The notes under the pieces are model-generated. The model had not been told where the DNA came from and did no database searches. It saw only the letters and a program-made list of their open reading frames with translations. A stretch of DNA of 50,566 nucleotides from an uncultured Clostridia bacterium (lineage in GTDB: Bacteria > Bacillota > Clostridia > Christensenellales > CAG-314), in assembly GCA_947624235.1 (NCBI GenBank), contig CANQJK010000003.1, positions 1-50,566 of the forward strand, given 5' to 3'. Each line of letters starts with the position of its first letter. Positions within the stretch are counted from its first letter, which is position 1. Below are positions 21,638 to 30,737 of the stretch, one piece after another. A program made the translations under genes and the position numbers.

Positions 21638-21942
21638 CAGATGTTCTCCAAAACGGTCTTTACGGCTTGTTCCAGATTGCCTTCGAGACGGCAAATATCT
21701 TCGTCCGCCTGACGATTGAGTTTTTCACGCAGATCGTCCGCCTTTTTTTGCGCGTCTTTATCCGCCTGCGCAAGACGTTCCGTAGCGTACTGTTTGTTAT
21801 TTTGCAGAGCCGTACGTCTGATCTGCGACGCTTCCTCTTCGGCGTCGGCTACAATTTGCGACGCTTTTGCTTCGGCGTCGGCAATGCGACGCTTGGCTTC
21901 GTCCTCCGCTTCCAAAATGGAATTTACAACTTCTTCTATCAT
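21637..21942 (-). CDS. V/A-type ATP synthase subunit G/H (peripheral stalk)
   Basis: 101-aa Ala/Glu coiled coil (ILEAEDEA). First gene of the operon. Confidence 0.8.
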   Translation of the reverse strand: MIEEVVNSILEAEDEAKRRIADAEAKASQIVADAEEEASQIRRTALQNNKQYATERLAQADKDAQKKADDLREKLNRQADEDICRLEGNLEQAVKTVLENI

Positions 21943-21957
21943 AGTTTCCTCTTTGTG

Positions 21958-22386
21958 TTACTCTTCTATCTTGTCCACGCGACGGGCGTGCTTTCCGCCC
22001 TCGAAGGGAGTGTTCAAAAATTCCTCCACAATGGCTTGCGCGGTGGCGCAGTCAACGTATTTTTGCCCCAACGCTATCATGTTGGCGTTGTTGTGAGCGC
22101 GCGTCATGTGCGCCATGTCCGAGTTGGTGCAAAGGGCGCAACGTACGCCATGCACCTTGTTTGCCACTATGGATACGCCTATACCCGTAGTGCAGACCAC
22201 TATTCCCCTGTCACACTCTCCGCTTGCAACGGCAAGAGCGGCGGGACGGGCAAAGTCGGGATAGTCGCAACTTTCTTCCGAATAAGTGCCGAAGTCGCGC
22301 ACGGTGTGTCCCAACTGCTCCAAATAGCGCGCAATATACGTTTTGAGGGCAAATCCTCCGTGATCGCTTGCCAAAGAAATCTTCAT
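21958..22386 (-). CDS. rpiB: Ribose-5-phosphate isomerase B
   Basis: SDHGG, DYPD, CTTGIG, HNNAN and FEGGKHARRV. Confidence 0.95.
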   Translation of the reverse strand: MKISLASDHGGFALKTYIARYLEQLGHTVRDFGTYSEESCDYPDFARPAALAVASGECDRGIVVCTTGIGVSIVANKVHGVRCALCTNSDMAHMTRAHNNANMIALGQKYVDCATAQAIVEEFLNTPFEGGKHARRVDKIEE

Positions 22387-22397
22387 ATTTTACCTCT

Positions 22398-23393
22398 CTA
22401 AATAAGGTTGTGCCCCGAAGCGCGCACAAGCTTGTCCAAAACTCCCACGCCCAAGCCTTCATCCGACGGACAGACGGAAGCAATGATAAAATCGTACGTC
22501 CTTTCCAAAATACGCATGTGTTCGTACAGTCCGTGGGCGGCGTCGTCTATTTTTGTTCCCATGGGATACACGTTTTTGCCCGAAAAGCGTTCGGGGAAAC
22601 GCACCCAAAGCACGGGATGATACCCTTCCTTTACCTTTGCGTCGTAAAATTCGGCAAGTTTGGTCGCGTCCTCCGACAGATCCAACACCATTGGCACGTT
22701 GGGAGCATAGTGCTTGTAGCGCACCCCCGGCGAATTGACCTTGGAATTTGGATCGGTGAGAATTTTCACCTGCTTGCCCAAAAGTTCCGAAAGTTGTTTT
22801 GCGCCCACCGCGCCCGGACGCAGAATGACTGGTTCGTCGCGCGACAGATCCAAAACGGTGGATTCTATCCCCACCGCGCAATCGTCTCCGCACAGCACCG
22901 CGCTGATACGTCCGTCCATATCCTCGGCAACGCGTTGCCACGTCGTGGGACTGGGACGTCCGCTCAGATTTGCGCTGGGCGCCGTAACGGGTACGGAAGC
23001 GCTGTGCAAAAACTCCCTTGCCTGAACGGACAACGGCATGCGCACCGCAACCGTGTCCAAGCCCGCCGTTATCGAGTCGCCGATGACGTCCTTTTTGGGC
23101 AAAACTATGGTTATGGGCGCAGGCATCACGTTTTCTATCACTTTGAGCGCGTCCTGCGACACTTCCCGCGCGATATCGAAAACTTGCGATTTATCCCAAA
23201 TGTGCACGATAAGGGGGTTGTCGCTCGGACGTCCCTTGGCAAGATAGGTGTTTTTTACCGCCTGCTCGTCAAAAGCGTTGGCTCCCAAACCATATACGGT
23301 CTCCGTGGGAAACGCCACCAACTCTCCGCGCCGAATAAGTTCGCCCGCCAGCGCCATATCTTTTTTGTTGAATTGCAAATATCTTGTTTTCAA
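22398..23393 (-). CDS. sua5: L-threonylcarbamoyladenylate synthase (Sua5)
   Basis: FPTETVYGLGA, KGRPSDNPLIVH, APSANLSG and SPGVRYKHYAP. Start (TTG) is approximate. Confidence 0.93.
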   Translation of the reverse strand: MKTRYLQFNKKDMALAGELIRRGELVAFPTETVYGLGANAFDEQAVKNTYLAKGRPSDNPLIVHIWDKSQVFDIAREVSQDALKVIENVMPAPITIVLPKKDVIGDSITAGLDTVAVRMPLSVQAREFLHSASVPVTAPSANLSGRPSPTTWQRVAEDMDGRISAVLCGDDCAVGIESTVLDLSRDEPVILRPGAVGAKQLSELLGKQVKILTDPNSKVNSPGVRYKHYAPNVPMVLDLSEDATKLAEFYDAKVKEGYHPVLWVRFPERFSGKNVYPMGTKIDDAAHGLYEHMRILERTYDFIIASVCPSDEGLGVGVLDKLVRASGHNLI

Positions 23394-23577
23394 GTTTTTG
23401 TGCCTGCGACTCCAAAAATCATACGGATATATTTTATCATACGACGTGATTTTTGTAAACATTTATTTTATTGTAAAAACTTATGCAACACTACAATTTT
23501 TCGATATCGCGTGGCGCCGAACACAAAAAAAACGGCGTGCGTGGTTTCGCAAGCCGTTTGTGCTATGCAGTTGTGTT

Positions 23578-23826
23578 TTACGCTTGTGACGCGAGGTATT
23601 GTTCGAGAGCCGTCGCCAACTGATCGGGGCAGGATGTGCCCTTCATACCGCATTGTATGCCTTTGAGACGGGATATTGCTTCGTGGATATCCATTCCGTC
23701 CACCAATGCCGAAACGCCCTTCGTGTTGCCGTTGCATCCGCCGACAAATTGCACGTTTTTTACCTTGCCGTCCACTACGTCAAAGGAAATTTCGCGCGAA
23801 CATACGCCCCTTGTTGTGTATTTCAT
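23578..23826 (-). CDS. TSCPD-domain protein (TIGR03905 family)
   Basis: GVCS, GGCNGN and CGMKGTSCPDQLA. AGGAG RBS. Confidence 0.9.
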   Translation of the reverse strand: MKYTTRGVCSREISFDVVDGKVKNVQFVGGCNGNTKGVSALVDGMDIHEAISRLKGIQCGMKGTSCPDQLATALEQYLASQA

Positions 23827-23901
23827 ATTTTTGCTTCTCCTCCAATAGATTTTTTTGCGTTGATAGTTAAGTTTTTGCACCCCATATCGCTTTTTTTTTG
23901 C

Positions 23902-24270
23902 TCAATCCGCGTGGTAGTCCGTAACGTTGGAACCATTGTTCCACAAATTGTCCAACGAGTAAATTTCCCGCGTATCCTTGTGGAAAATATGCACGATCAC
24001 GTCGCCGTAGTCCACCGCGATCCATCTGCCCTCGCTGTAACCTTCCTTTCTGAGAGCAAATTTGCCCTCCTTTTCCAGTTGTTCCTCCAAGTGATCGAAT
24101 ATCGCCTTTACCTGCGGGATACTTTTGCCCGAGCAAATGATAAAGTAGTCGGCGAGGTCGCTTATTCCCTTTATCGACACTATTTTTATGTCCGTTGCCT
24201 GTTTGTCGGACAATATCTTGCAGATGTGTTCTACCGTGATTGGAGTTTGTTGTACCGTTTGTTTGTTCAT
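23902..24270 (-). CDS. rsfS: Ribosome silencing factor
   Basis: ADYFIICSG, WIAVDYGDVIVHIF and YSLDNLW. Confidence 0.95.
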   Translation of the reverse strand: MNKQTVQQTPITVEHICKILSDKQATDIKIVSIKGISDLADYFIICSGKSIPQVKAIFDHLEEQLEKEGKFALRKEGYSEGRWIAVDYGDVIVHIFHKDTREIYSLDNLWNNGSNVTDYHAD

Positions 24271-24301
24271 AAAATTTCTCCGTAAAGTTTGTTAAAATGC
24301 A

Positions 24302-25405
24302 CTACCGCCACTCGGGACAGTAGAAAGCAACCGTTTGTTCGGACAGCGGACACATGCTGTCGCAATGAGTTTGCAGACACACTTCGTACGCCTCCTTCAA
24401 GCAGGCGACAAACTGCTCGTCCAGTCCTCCGCGTTTCAGGTGAGACAGCGCATACGGACGGGAATCTTCCGTTTTGTCGGCGACGTACACTATCTTGTCC
24501 AGTCGCGTCATGTCGGGACGTCCCGTTGTGTGATAGGCAATCGCGTCCAGTATCTCCTTGTCGTGTATGCCGAAATCCTGCTCGGCGACCTTTGCTCCCA
24601 AAAAGGAGTGCACCACCGAATCGGGCAGATCCCCCTGTTCGAAGCCGTAACGCGCGTAGTCCTGCTTGTCAATGTACTTGGCTACGTCGTGCAGTAAGCA
24701 GGCGACAAACGCCTTGTGTTTCTCCTCTTCGGACGCAAGTTCCTGCCCGCGTTTGACAACGTAAAAGGTGTGCATGTACCGCTTTTCCGTCAAATATCCC
24801 CGCACTTTTTGCGCCATAGCCCGATATTCGGCGTACAAGCCCTTTTCCAACGCGTATCTGTTTACCGCTTCGGGCACGAGATGCGAGTTGTCCAAGTCGA
24901 ACTCAAAGCGCAACCGCACAACGGTGGAGCTGAGCGCGTCGGGTTGGCAACTCAACAGTCGTATGCGTGCGCCGTAGTCGCGACGGATCCTGTCCACCGT
25001 AGCAACGGACGTGCGACGTTCCCTATCCACCACGGCAAGGGTGGCAAGGCGCGCTATCTCGTCGGGACAAAACCAATTGCCGAAACTTTGCAGGCTATCC
25101 GCGCCTATCACAAGGTAAAGTTCCGCGTCGGGATATTGCGAGGCAATGTGCCTGAGCGTTTCCACTGTGTAGCTTTTGCCCTGACGTTCTATCTCAAAGT
25201 CGCTCACCTCGGCAAAATCGCCGAAAGCAAGGCGGGACAGTTCCAGCCGAACGTTAGCGGGCACATCGCATTTTTTGTGGGGCGGATCTCCGCAGGGCAT
25301 CACAACGAGTTTGTCCAGGTCGAGCTGTTGTTTTGCCACAAGCGCCATGTGCACATGGGTATTGTGGGGCGGATTGAACGTTCCGCCGAAAACACCTATT
25401 TTCAT
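24302..25405 (-). CDS. nadD: Nicotinate-nucleotide adenylyltransferase fused to a YqeK-type HD hydrolase
   Basis: GGTFNPPH, SYTVETL and SSTVVR, then RYMHT, LLHDVAK, YHTTG and YVADKTE. Confidence 0.92.
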   Translation of the reverse strand: MKIGVFGGTFNPPHNTHVHMALVAKQQLDLDKLVVMPCGDPPHKKCDVPANVRLELSRLAFGDFAEVSDFEIERQGKSYTVETLRHIASQYPDAELYLVIGADSLQSFGNWFCPDEIARLATLAVVDRERRTSVATVDRIRRDYGARIRLLSCQPDALSSTVVRLRFEFDLDNSHLVPEAVNRYALEKGLYAEYRAMAQKVRGYLTEKRYMHTFYVVKRGQELASEEEKHKAFVACLLHDVAKYIDKQDYARYGFEQGDLPDSVVHSFLGAKVAEQDFGIHDKEILDAIAYHTTGRPDMTRLDKIVYVADKTEDSRPYALSHLKRGGLDEQFVACLKEAYEVCLQTHCDSMCPLSEQTVAFYCPEWR

Positions 25406-25468
25406 ACTACTATTCTACATTATTTTTGCAAACTTTTCAATAAAAAAATACACAAAAAAGTCAACAAT

Positions 25469-26260
25469 ATGTATATGGCAAAAATACTCAACACCGTTTT
25501 TCTCAGTCTGACGGCATTTTGGCTGTGTTTTGTGTGGATCGTGTACTGCGTAAAGAACGCTGTCGTCGGCGCACTTGTCGCCTGCGTAGTTGCCGTGGCG
25601 ATAGGATATATCGTCTGGAACGGACAAAAACTCGGCGCGCGCAAACAAAGCGAGAGCAAACAAAAACGAAAGCAGGCAACCTGTCTTGCGGAGTTTTTGC
25701 GTTTCGGCGAAAACAACGCCGAACTCATCGCCAAAATGATGCGCTACTACCGCTTCGACATTATTGAGGCGCAGGGGGACGAACTCATCGCGGACAAGGA
25801 GGGCTGTCGCTCAATTGTAGCGATAAGATATATGTGCGACGAGGTAAAGCAGGAAACGCTTTGCCAAGCCGTGGTCCTTGCCAAGCGATCGCACTGCGAC
25901 AAACTCTACCTGTTTGCCGACAAGGCGGACAAAAACGCCTTGGAAAAAGCGCGCGAACACTTTGACATCACCTTTGTTGACACGGCAAACCTGCTTGAAC
26001 TGTTGGAGCAATGTCAAATGACGCCCGCGCTGAAACAATGCAAACGTCCCAAACAAAACAATGTCGTGTTGCACTATGCGTTTAACAAAAAACGCGTGGG
26101 TTGGTATCTGTGCGCGTCCTTGTTCTGCTTGGCGATATCCGTCATATCGGTGTTTCCCTGGTATATGCTCGCTTGGGCGACAATAAATCTCGGCTTGGCG
26201 GTGTACTGCACAGCCAACAAACGCTACAACGCTCTACCCACGCGCGTAACGCTGGACTGA
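25469..26260 (+). CDS. Hypothetical membrane protein (2 TM, soluble core, 2 TM)
   Basis: Hydrophobic N- and C-terminal pairs. The upstream part of the 24716 ORF is a shadow of nadD. Confidence 0.7.
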   Translation: MYMAKILNTVFLSLTAFWLCFVWIVYCVKNAVVGALVACVVAVAIGYIVWNGQKLGARKQSESKQKRKQATCLAEFLRFGENNAELIAKMMRYYRFDIIEAQGDELIADKEGCRSIVAIRYMCDEVKQETLCQAVVLAKRSHCDKLYLFADKADKNALEKAREHFDITFVDTANLLELLEQCQMTPALKQCKRPKQNNVVLHYAFNKKRVGWYLCASLFCLAISVISVFPWYMLAWATINLGLAVYCTANKRYNALPTRVTLD

Positions 26261-27102
26261 CTGCGCACAACGCTGTGCAGGGGCGTGTCGAGGGGGACGG
26301 ACAGCACAAGTTGCTCCAATTGGGCGATGTCGAAATGCGCAACGGGCTTCATGTCCATGTCCACCACTTCCAGACAGTACACAAAATTGCCCTGCATGCG
26401 TTTAGCCACGTCGGCGAGCAGGTTATTTTCACAAAACACAAGCGTTTTCTTTTCCATACCCTTTTTCAAAAAAAACGGACGGTTTACCGCAAAAACCGTC
26501 CGTTCGTACATCTCGCGTCCCTTGGCAAAACTTCCCGAAAACAGTCCTATTGCAAACAGTCCCACCGAAAACAGCGGAGAGCGCAAAAACAGCGACAGCA
26601 AAAACACCGCAAAAAACACAAGGGACAATATCGCCGTGAGATATTTGGTGAGAAGCAACGCCCTGTCGCCGATACGCTTTTCCAACAGTCCCGTAAGCAC
26701 GCGTCCCCCGTCCAACGGATAGCAGGGCAACATATTGACGCAAGCCATTGTGAGGTTTGCCGTAAAGAAACTTTCGGTATAGTAGTAACTGTCGGGGACT
26801 ATCCACCACACCGCAAGGCAAACCAAGCAAAGCGCAAGATTGGCAAGCGGACCTGCCAACGCGATCTTTATTCGATCGGCGCCGTTTACGTCCTGAAAAT
26901 CTCCGTAAAGCACCGCGCCGAAGATCCCGAGCCTTATCTCCTTACACCTGTAAAACAGACGTCCCGCAACGATGTAATGAGCCGTCTCGTGCAAAATTAC
27001 CGCAATAGAATACATGACAGCGAAGTATCCCTGACGGAACACCGTCGCTGTCACGACAAAAATCCAAAAGCCGGGGCGTATGTTTAGTTTTACACCTTCC
27101 AT
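26224..27102 (-). CDS. spoIVFB: M50 intramembrane metalloprotease, SpoIVFB-like
   Basis: HETAH, IALAGPLAN and NMLPCYPLDGGR. Lies downstream of minD. Confidence 0.8.
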   Translation of the reverse strand: MEGVKLNIRPGFWIFVVTATVFRQGYFAVMYSIAVILHETAHYIVAGRLFYRCKEIRLGIFGAVLYGDFQDVNGADRIKIALAGPLANLALCLVCLAVWWIVPDSYYYTESFFTANLTMACVNMLPCYPLDGGRVLTGLLEKRIGDRALLLTKYLTAILSLVFFAVFLLSLFLRSPLFSVGLFAIGLFSGSFAKGREMYERTVFAVNRPFFLKKGMEKKTLVFCENNLLADVAKRMQGNFVYCLEVVDMDMKPVAHFDIAQLEQLVLSVPLDTPLHSVVRSQSSVTRVGRAL

Positions 27103-27704
27103 GTGAGCTGAGTTTCGCTACCCACAACGTCCGTTATCGTCTGTCCTGACACGGTCACGCTGGCAGTAAAAGTGCCGTCGTATTTGGCAAGAAGAGCGTT
27201 GGCGCTAACGTCCTGCCCCACCGTGACGTAAATATCCGTCAAATTGCCGTAGACCACGGACGTGTCGTCGTCGAGACTGACGGCAACATAGTTTTCGCCC
27301 ACTTCCGTCACCGTACCGTTTGCAAACGCCAAAACCGTTCTACCGCCCTCAAACACCGCTACTCCGTCGGAAATATCCACCAAGTCCGCGTTGGACGGAA
27401 TGGCTATTGCAGTAGACACTTCCTGCGGTTTGCTCTCAAAGAGCGTTGTTAAAAAGGCTTCTTTTGCCGTTTTGAACACGTCCTTTGCAAACTGACCGTC
27501 CACAAACAACAGCAACGCAAGCAACGCCACGCACAACACCGCAACGACGGCGATCTTTGCCGATTTTGTCAGCCTAAACTTAAATTTTGCCTTTTTTTCG
27601 GCTGGATGGGGTTCGGAAACATACTTTCTTTCCGAATAGGAAACGTCCAGCCAATCGCTTTCTTCCGCGTCGCACACTACACTGCTTACACCCTCGTAAT
27701 CCAT
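27090..27704 (-). CDS. SpoIVFA-like membrane protein with a degenerate M23/LytM domain
   Basis: One TM helix, VLAFANGTV...YGNL...VTVGQDV, no HxH ligands. Adjacent to spoIVFB. Confidence 0.6.
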   Translation of the reverse strand: MDYEGVSSVVCDAEESDWLDVSYSERKYVSEPHPAEKKAKFKFRLTKSAKIAVVAVLCVALLALLLFVDGQFAKDVFKTAKEAFLTTLFESKPQEVSTAIAIPSNADLVDISDGVAVFEGGRTVLAFANGTVTEVGENYVAVSLDDDTSVVYGNLTDIYVTVGQDVSANALLAKYDGTFTASVTVSGQTITDVVGSETQLTWKV

Positions 27705-27758
27705 TGTTGTTTACCTCCGTTACACAATACACTATGTTGTCACGTCCGTTCGTAGAAC

Positions 27759-27965
27759 CTACAATCGAAAAGTAGGCTTTACTTTTTGCACGGACACGGT
27801 GATGATCATTCTGTTACCGCACCGTTCCACGTCCACGCTCATTCCGTCAAACTTCATATACCGCGAAACAAGACTGTTCAGTTCCGCAAAAAAATCCGTT
27901 TGAGACAAGCCGAATTTATCCGCAAAAACCATAGCTTCCGCGCGCTCGTACTGTTTGGACTTCAC
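27759..27965 (-). CDS. Small protein, probably a divergent MinE
   Basis: 68 aa directly after minD, with GAGGT RBS and GTG start. ERAEAMVFADK and ELNSLVSRYM resemble MinE. Confidence 0.55.
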   Translation of the reverse strand: MKSKQYERAEAMVFADKFGLSQTDFFAELNSLVSRYMKFDGMSVDVERCGNRMIITVSVQKVKPTFRL

Positions 27966-27973
27966 ACGGCACC

Positions 27974-28735
27974 TCACACATTGCGTTTCAATTTGCGTTT
28001 TAGCTTGCCGAAAATGCCCCTGTATGGCGAAACGCAATCGTAAATGCGACAATTGCCCGTTTGCAGATTTTCCGCAAGCATGTCAAATGCGCCGTTTTTG
28101 CTTTGCCGAGCGTTGCAATTGACGTCGTCGTTTTCGGGTATAACACCCAACGCCGTTTGTCCCAACAGGCTAAACACTTCAAATGCCGAAAGCATTTCTC
28201 CGCTTGCCACCAAATCTCCGCGCACTCTGTTTACCACCACGCTCACCACCACATTGCCCACAAGTTCGCCCACCGTTTTGTCGGCGTCGCGCACGCTGGA
28301 AAGATGTGGCGTCACCACCACGATCGCCTCGTCGGCACATGCGATAGCGCGTCTGAAACCGCTGTCGATACCCGCGGGACAGTCCAACAAAATGTAGTCG
28401 AAGTTGTCCTCCAACCTGCCTATCACCTTTTTTACCTGATCGGCGCTTATCTGACGTTTTGCAAGGTGACAACTGGGCATGACATAGAGCGTGGGAAACT
28501 CGCCGTCCTGTATGTATGCCTGCGAGGGACGACAACGATTTTCCACCACGTCCACAAAGTCGAATACCACCTTGTCCTCCACTTGCAAAACCACATCCAA
28601 ATTGTTCAAACCTATGTCCAGATCCATCAACAGCACTCTGTGCGACCGTTTGGCGAGGGCAATGCCGAGATTGGCGCATACGGTAGTTTTTCCCACGCCT
28701 CCTTTGCCCCCTGTGACAACTATTTTGCGAGCCAT
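27974..28735 (-). CDS. minD: Septum site-determining ATPase
   Basis: GKGGVGKTT, DLDIGLNNLD, DCPAGID and SSVRDADK. Confidence 0.93.
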   Translation of the reverse strand: MARKIVVTGGKGGVGKTTVCANLGIALAKRSHRVLLMDLDIGLNNLDVVLQVEDKVVFDFVDVVENRCRPSQAYIQDGEFPTLYVMPSCHLAKRQISADQVKKVIGRLEDNFDYILLDCPAGIDSGFRRAIACADEAIVVVTPHLSSVRDADKTVGELVGNVVVSVVVNRVRGDLVASGEMLSAFEVFSLLGQTALGVIPENDDVNCNARQSKNGAFDMLAENLQTGNCRIYDCVSPYRGIFGKLKRKLKRNV

Positions 28736-28956
28736 AATTTGTTCCTCCGTTTAGTGTTCGCGCCCATTGTACCACCTCAATCAAGTTGTGACCATGCCTT
28801 CGACAAATCTTGTGGCAACAAAAAAAATCGTATATTATCGCAAAAGTACGAAAAAGGGAGCTTCCCGTTTGAAGCCCCCTTTTGGGTTTTGTGATGAATG
28901 TATGCGACGAAAAAATATAATTGGAAGTTCTCAAAAAATCCCCTGCAAGTGGCGAC

Positions 28957-29640
28957 TTGCACCAACACAATTGTGACGCGAAAAATTATATCCCCCAAAA
29001 AAGGGGCCCCCACAAAGTTCCAAAGACTTTGTGGGGAAAGAAGCAAACGCCTGACAGCGGTACCATATGAGAAATAAAGAACAATATAATCAAAATCAGT
29101 AAGTCAAAAAAATGTCCCGACCTTGTAACGGTGGGAGTGAGTGTATCCCCTGTAAAATAATCTGCAACGAGGACGAAGTCCGAAGCGAAGCCTTTTTACA
29201 GGGGATATGCGAGCGTTATTCAAGGGCGATTTGCGACGCGGGGTGGGCGGTCGGGGACCTTGTAATAGACAGAGCGAGGGTGTTTCGCGCAAAATAATCT
29301 GCAACGAGGGCGCCACTTTTCCGAAACCAGTAAGTCCAAATATGTCCCGACCTTGTAATAGACAGAGCGAGTATGTCCCCAATCAAAACAATCTGCAACA
29401 AGTGCGAAGCGCGAAACCGATAAATAAAAAAATGACTTTGTAATATAAAATGCTCGTATGTCCACTGCAAAATAATCTGCAACAAGGACGTAGTCCGCCG
29501 TGAAGCCATTTTTGCAGGGGATATGCGAGCGGTATGTTTCTAATAATTTGGGTTACAATGCGCAAAGCACGAAGTGAAGCCGTTTTGATGGGAATATGCG
29601 AGCGATACCGCGAAGCCTTTTTACAGGGGATATGCGAGCG
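28957..29640 (+). repeat. Cluster of family-B interspersed repeats
   Basis: Recurrent AATCTGCAAC (x4), CCTTGTAATAGACAGAGCGAG and GAAGCCTTTTTACAGGGGATATGCGAGCG modules. Confidence 0.75.
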
Positions 29641-29646
29641 ACAATC

Positions 29647-30441
29647 TTACGAGTTTGTAAAAACATACTCCACGGCGATCAAGGCAATGCTCAGCACTGT
29701 CAGCAACACACCGACGATGAGGTTGAGCCATTTTGTTTTGACCTTGTTTGCAATAAAGGACGCAACCTGCGCAAACACCAACGTGGAAACCACGCACACC
29801 ACCAACGGCACCCAATTTTGAGCAAGTCCGCCGTCTATGGCAAAGTGTCCCACTGCGCCCGTCAAGGCGGTAAAAGTCATTATAAACACGCTTGTGCCCA
29901 CAGCCGTTTTTGTTTCGTAGCCGAGCACGCTTGTTAGCAACAGCAACATCATTATGCCACCGCCTGCGCCCACAAATCCGCAAATGAAGCCTATTATCAA
30001 ACCGCACAGCACCGAGCGAATTATTCTGCTTTTGGACGATAGGTTGAGCATTTTGTCGTTGTCGGATCGGGGCGGGAAAAGCAAAAACCGCAAACCCAAA
30101 AAGAACATTGCAAAAATGGACACTCCGCCCATCACGTCCTCGTTTGCGCGATTGAGTATGTCGCCGACAAAGCAACCGCCGACGGTCGTGAGCACAACCA
30201 CCACAAAAAGCACCCAGCTGTGTTTCAGATCGATGTTTTTGTTCCGCGCGTAAATGATCGTGGACACTCCGCTTGCCAAAACATCGCTTGCCAAAGCAAT
30301 GCCAACCGCCGTGTAGGGGTTGACTTCGCAAAAAACAATGAGCATGGGACTGATCACCGCGGCCACGGACATTCCGGCAAACCCCGTGCCCAAACCCGCA
30401 CCCAAGCCTGCCAAGACGCAAATAATGATATTTTTCAACAT
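29647..30441 (-). CDS. Sulfite exporter TauE/SafE (TSUP) family membrane protein
   Basis: About 8 TM helices, GFICGFVGAGGG and AVGTS motifs. Confidence 0.88.
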   Translation of the reverse strand: MLKNIIICVLAGLGAGLGTGFAGMSVAAVISPMLIVFCEVNPYTAVGIALASDVLASGVSTIIYARNKNIDLKHSWVLFVVVVLTTVGGCFVGDILNRANEDVMGGVSIFAMFFLGLRFLLFPPRSDNDKMLNLSSKSRIIRSVLCGLIIGFICGFVGAGGGIMMLLLLTSVLGYETKTAVGTSVFIMTFTALTGAVGHFAIDGGLAQNWVPLVVCVVSTLVFAQVASFIANKVKTKWLNLIVGVLLTVLSIALIAVEYVFTNS

Positions 30442-30482
30442 ACTGTTTATTAACTATATCACATGGGAATACCCTTTGTCAA

Positions 30483-30682
30483 GTCGCTCGCATGTCCCCA
30501 TCAAAACGGCTTCGCTTCGGACTTCGTCCTCGTTGCAGATTGTTTTGATTGGGGACACACTCGCTCTCGCCGTCACAAGGTCGTTACATTGTTTTGACTT
30601 ACTGGTTTCAGGACTGTCACTCGTTGCAGATTGTTTTGATTGGGAACATACTCGCTCTGTCTATTACAAGGTCGGGACATTT
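30483..30682 (-). repeat. Family-B repeats in inverted orientation
   Basis: 30623-30680 is the reverse complement of 29342-29399 (57/58 identical). Confidence 0.75.
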
Positions 30683-30737
30683 TGGACTGCGGGGGTTTGG
30701 TTATTGTGCTCTTTCCGATTCGGAGCAAGGGGCATTT

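Noticed and set aside
28957-29640. CRISPR array or protein-coding ORFs (29104-29565)
   Set aside because: Units are irregular and the intervening sequences are themselves repeated elsewhere. The ORFs are translations of repeats without an RBS.
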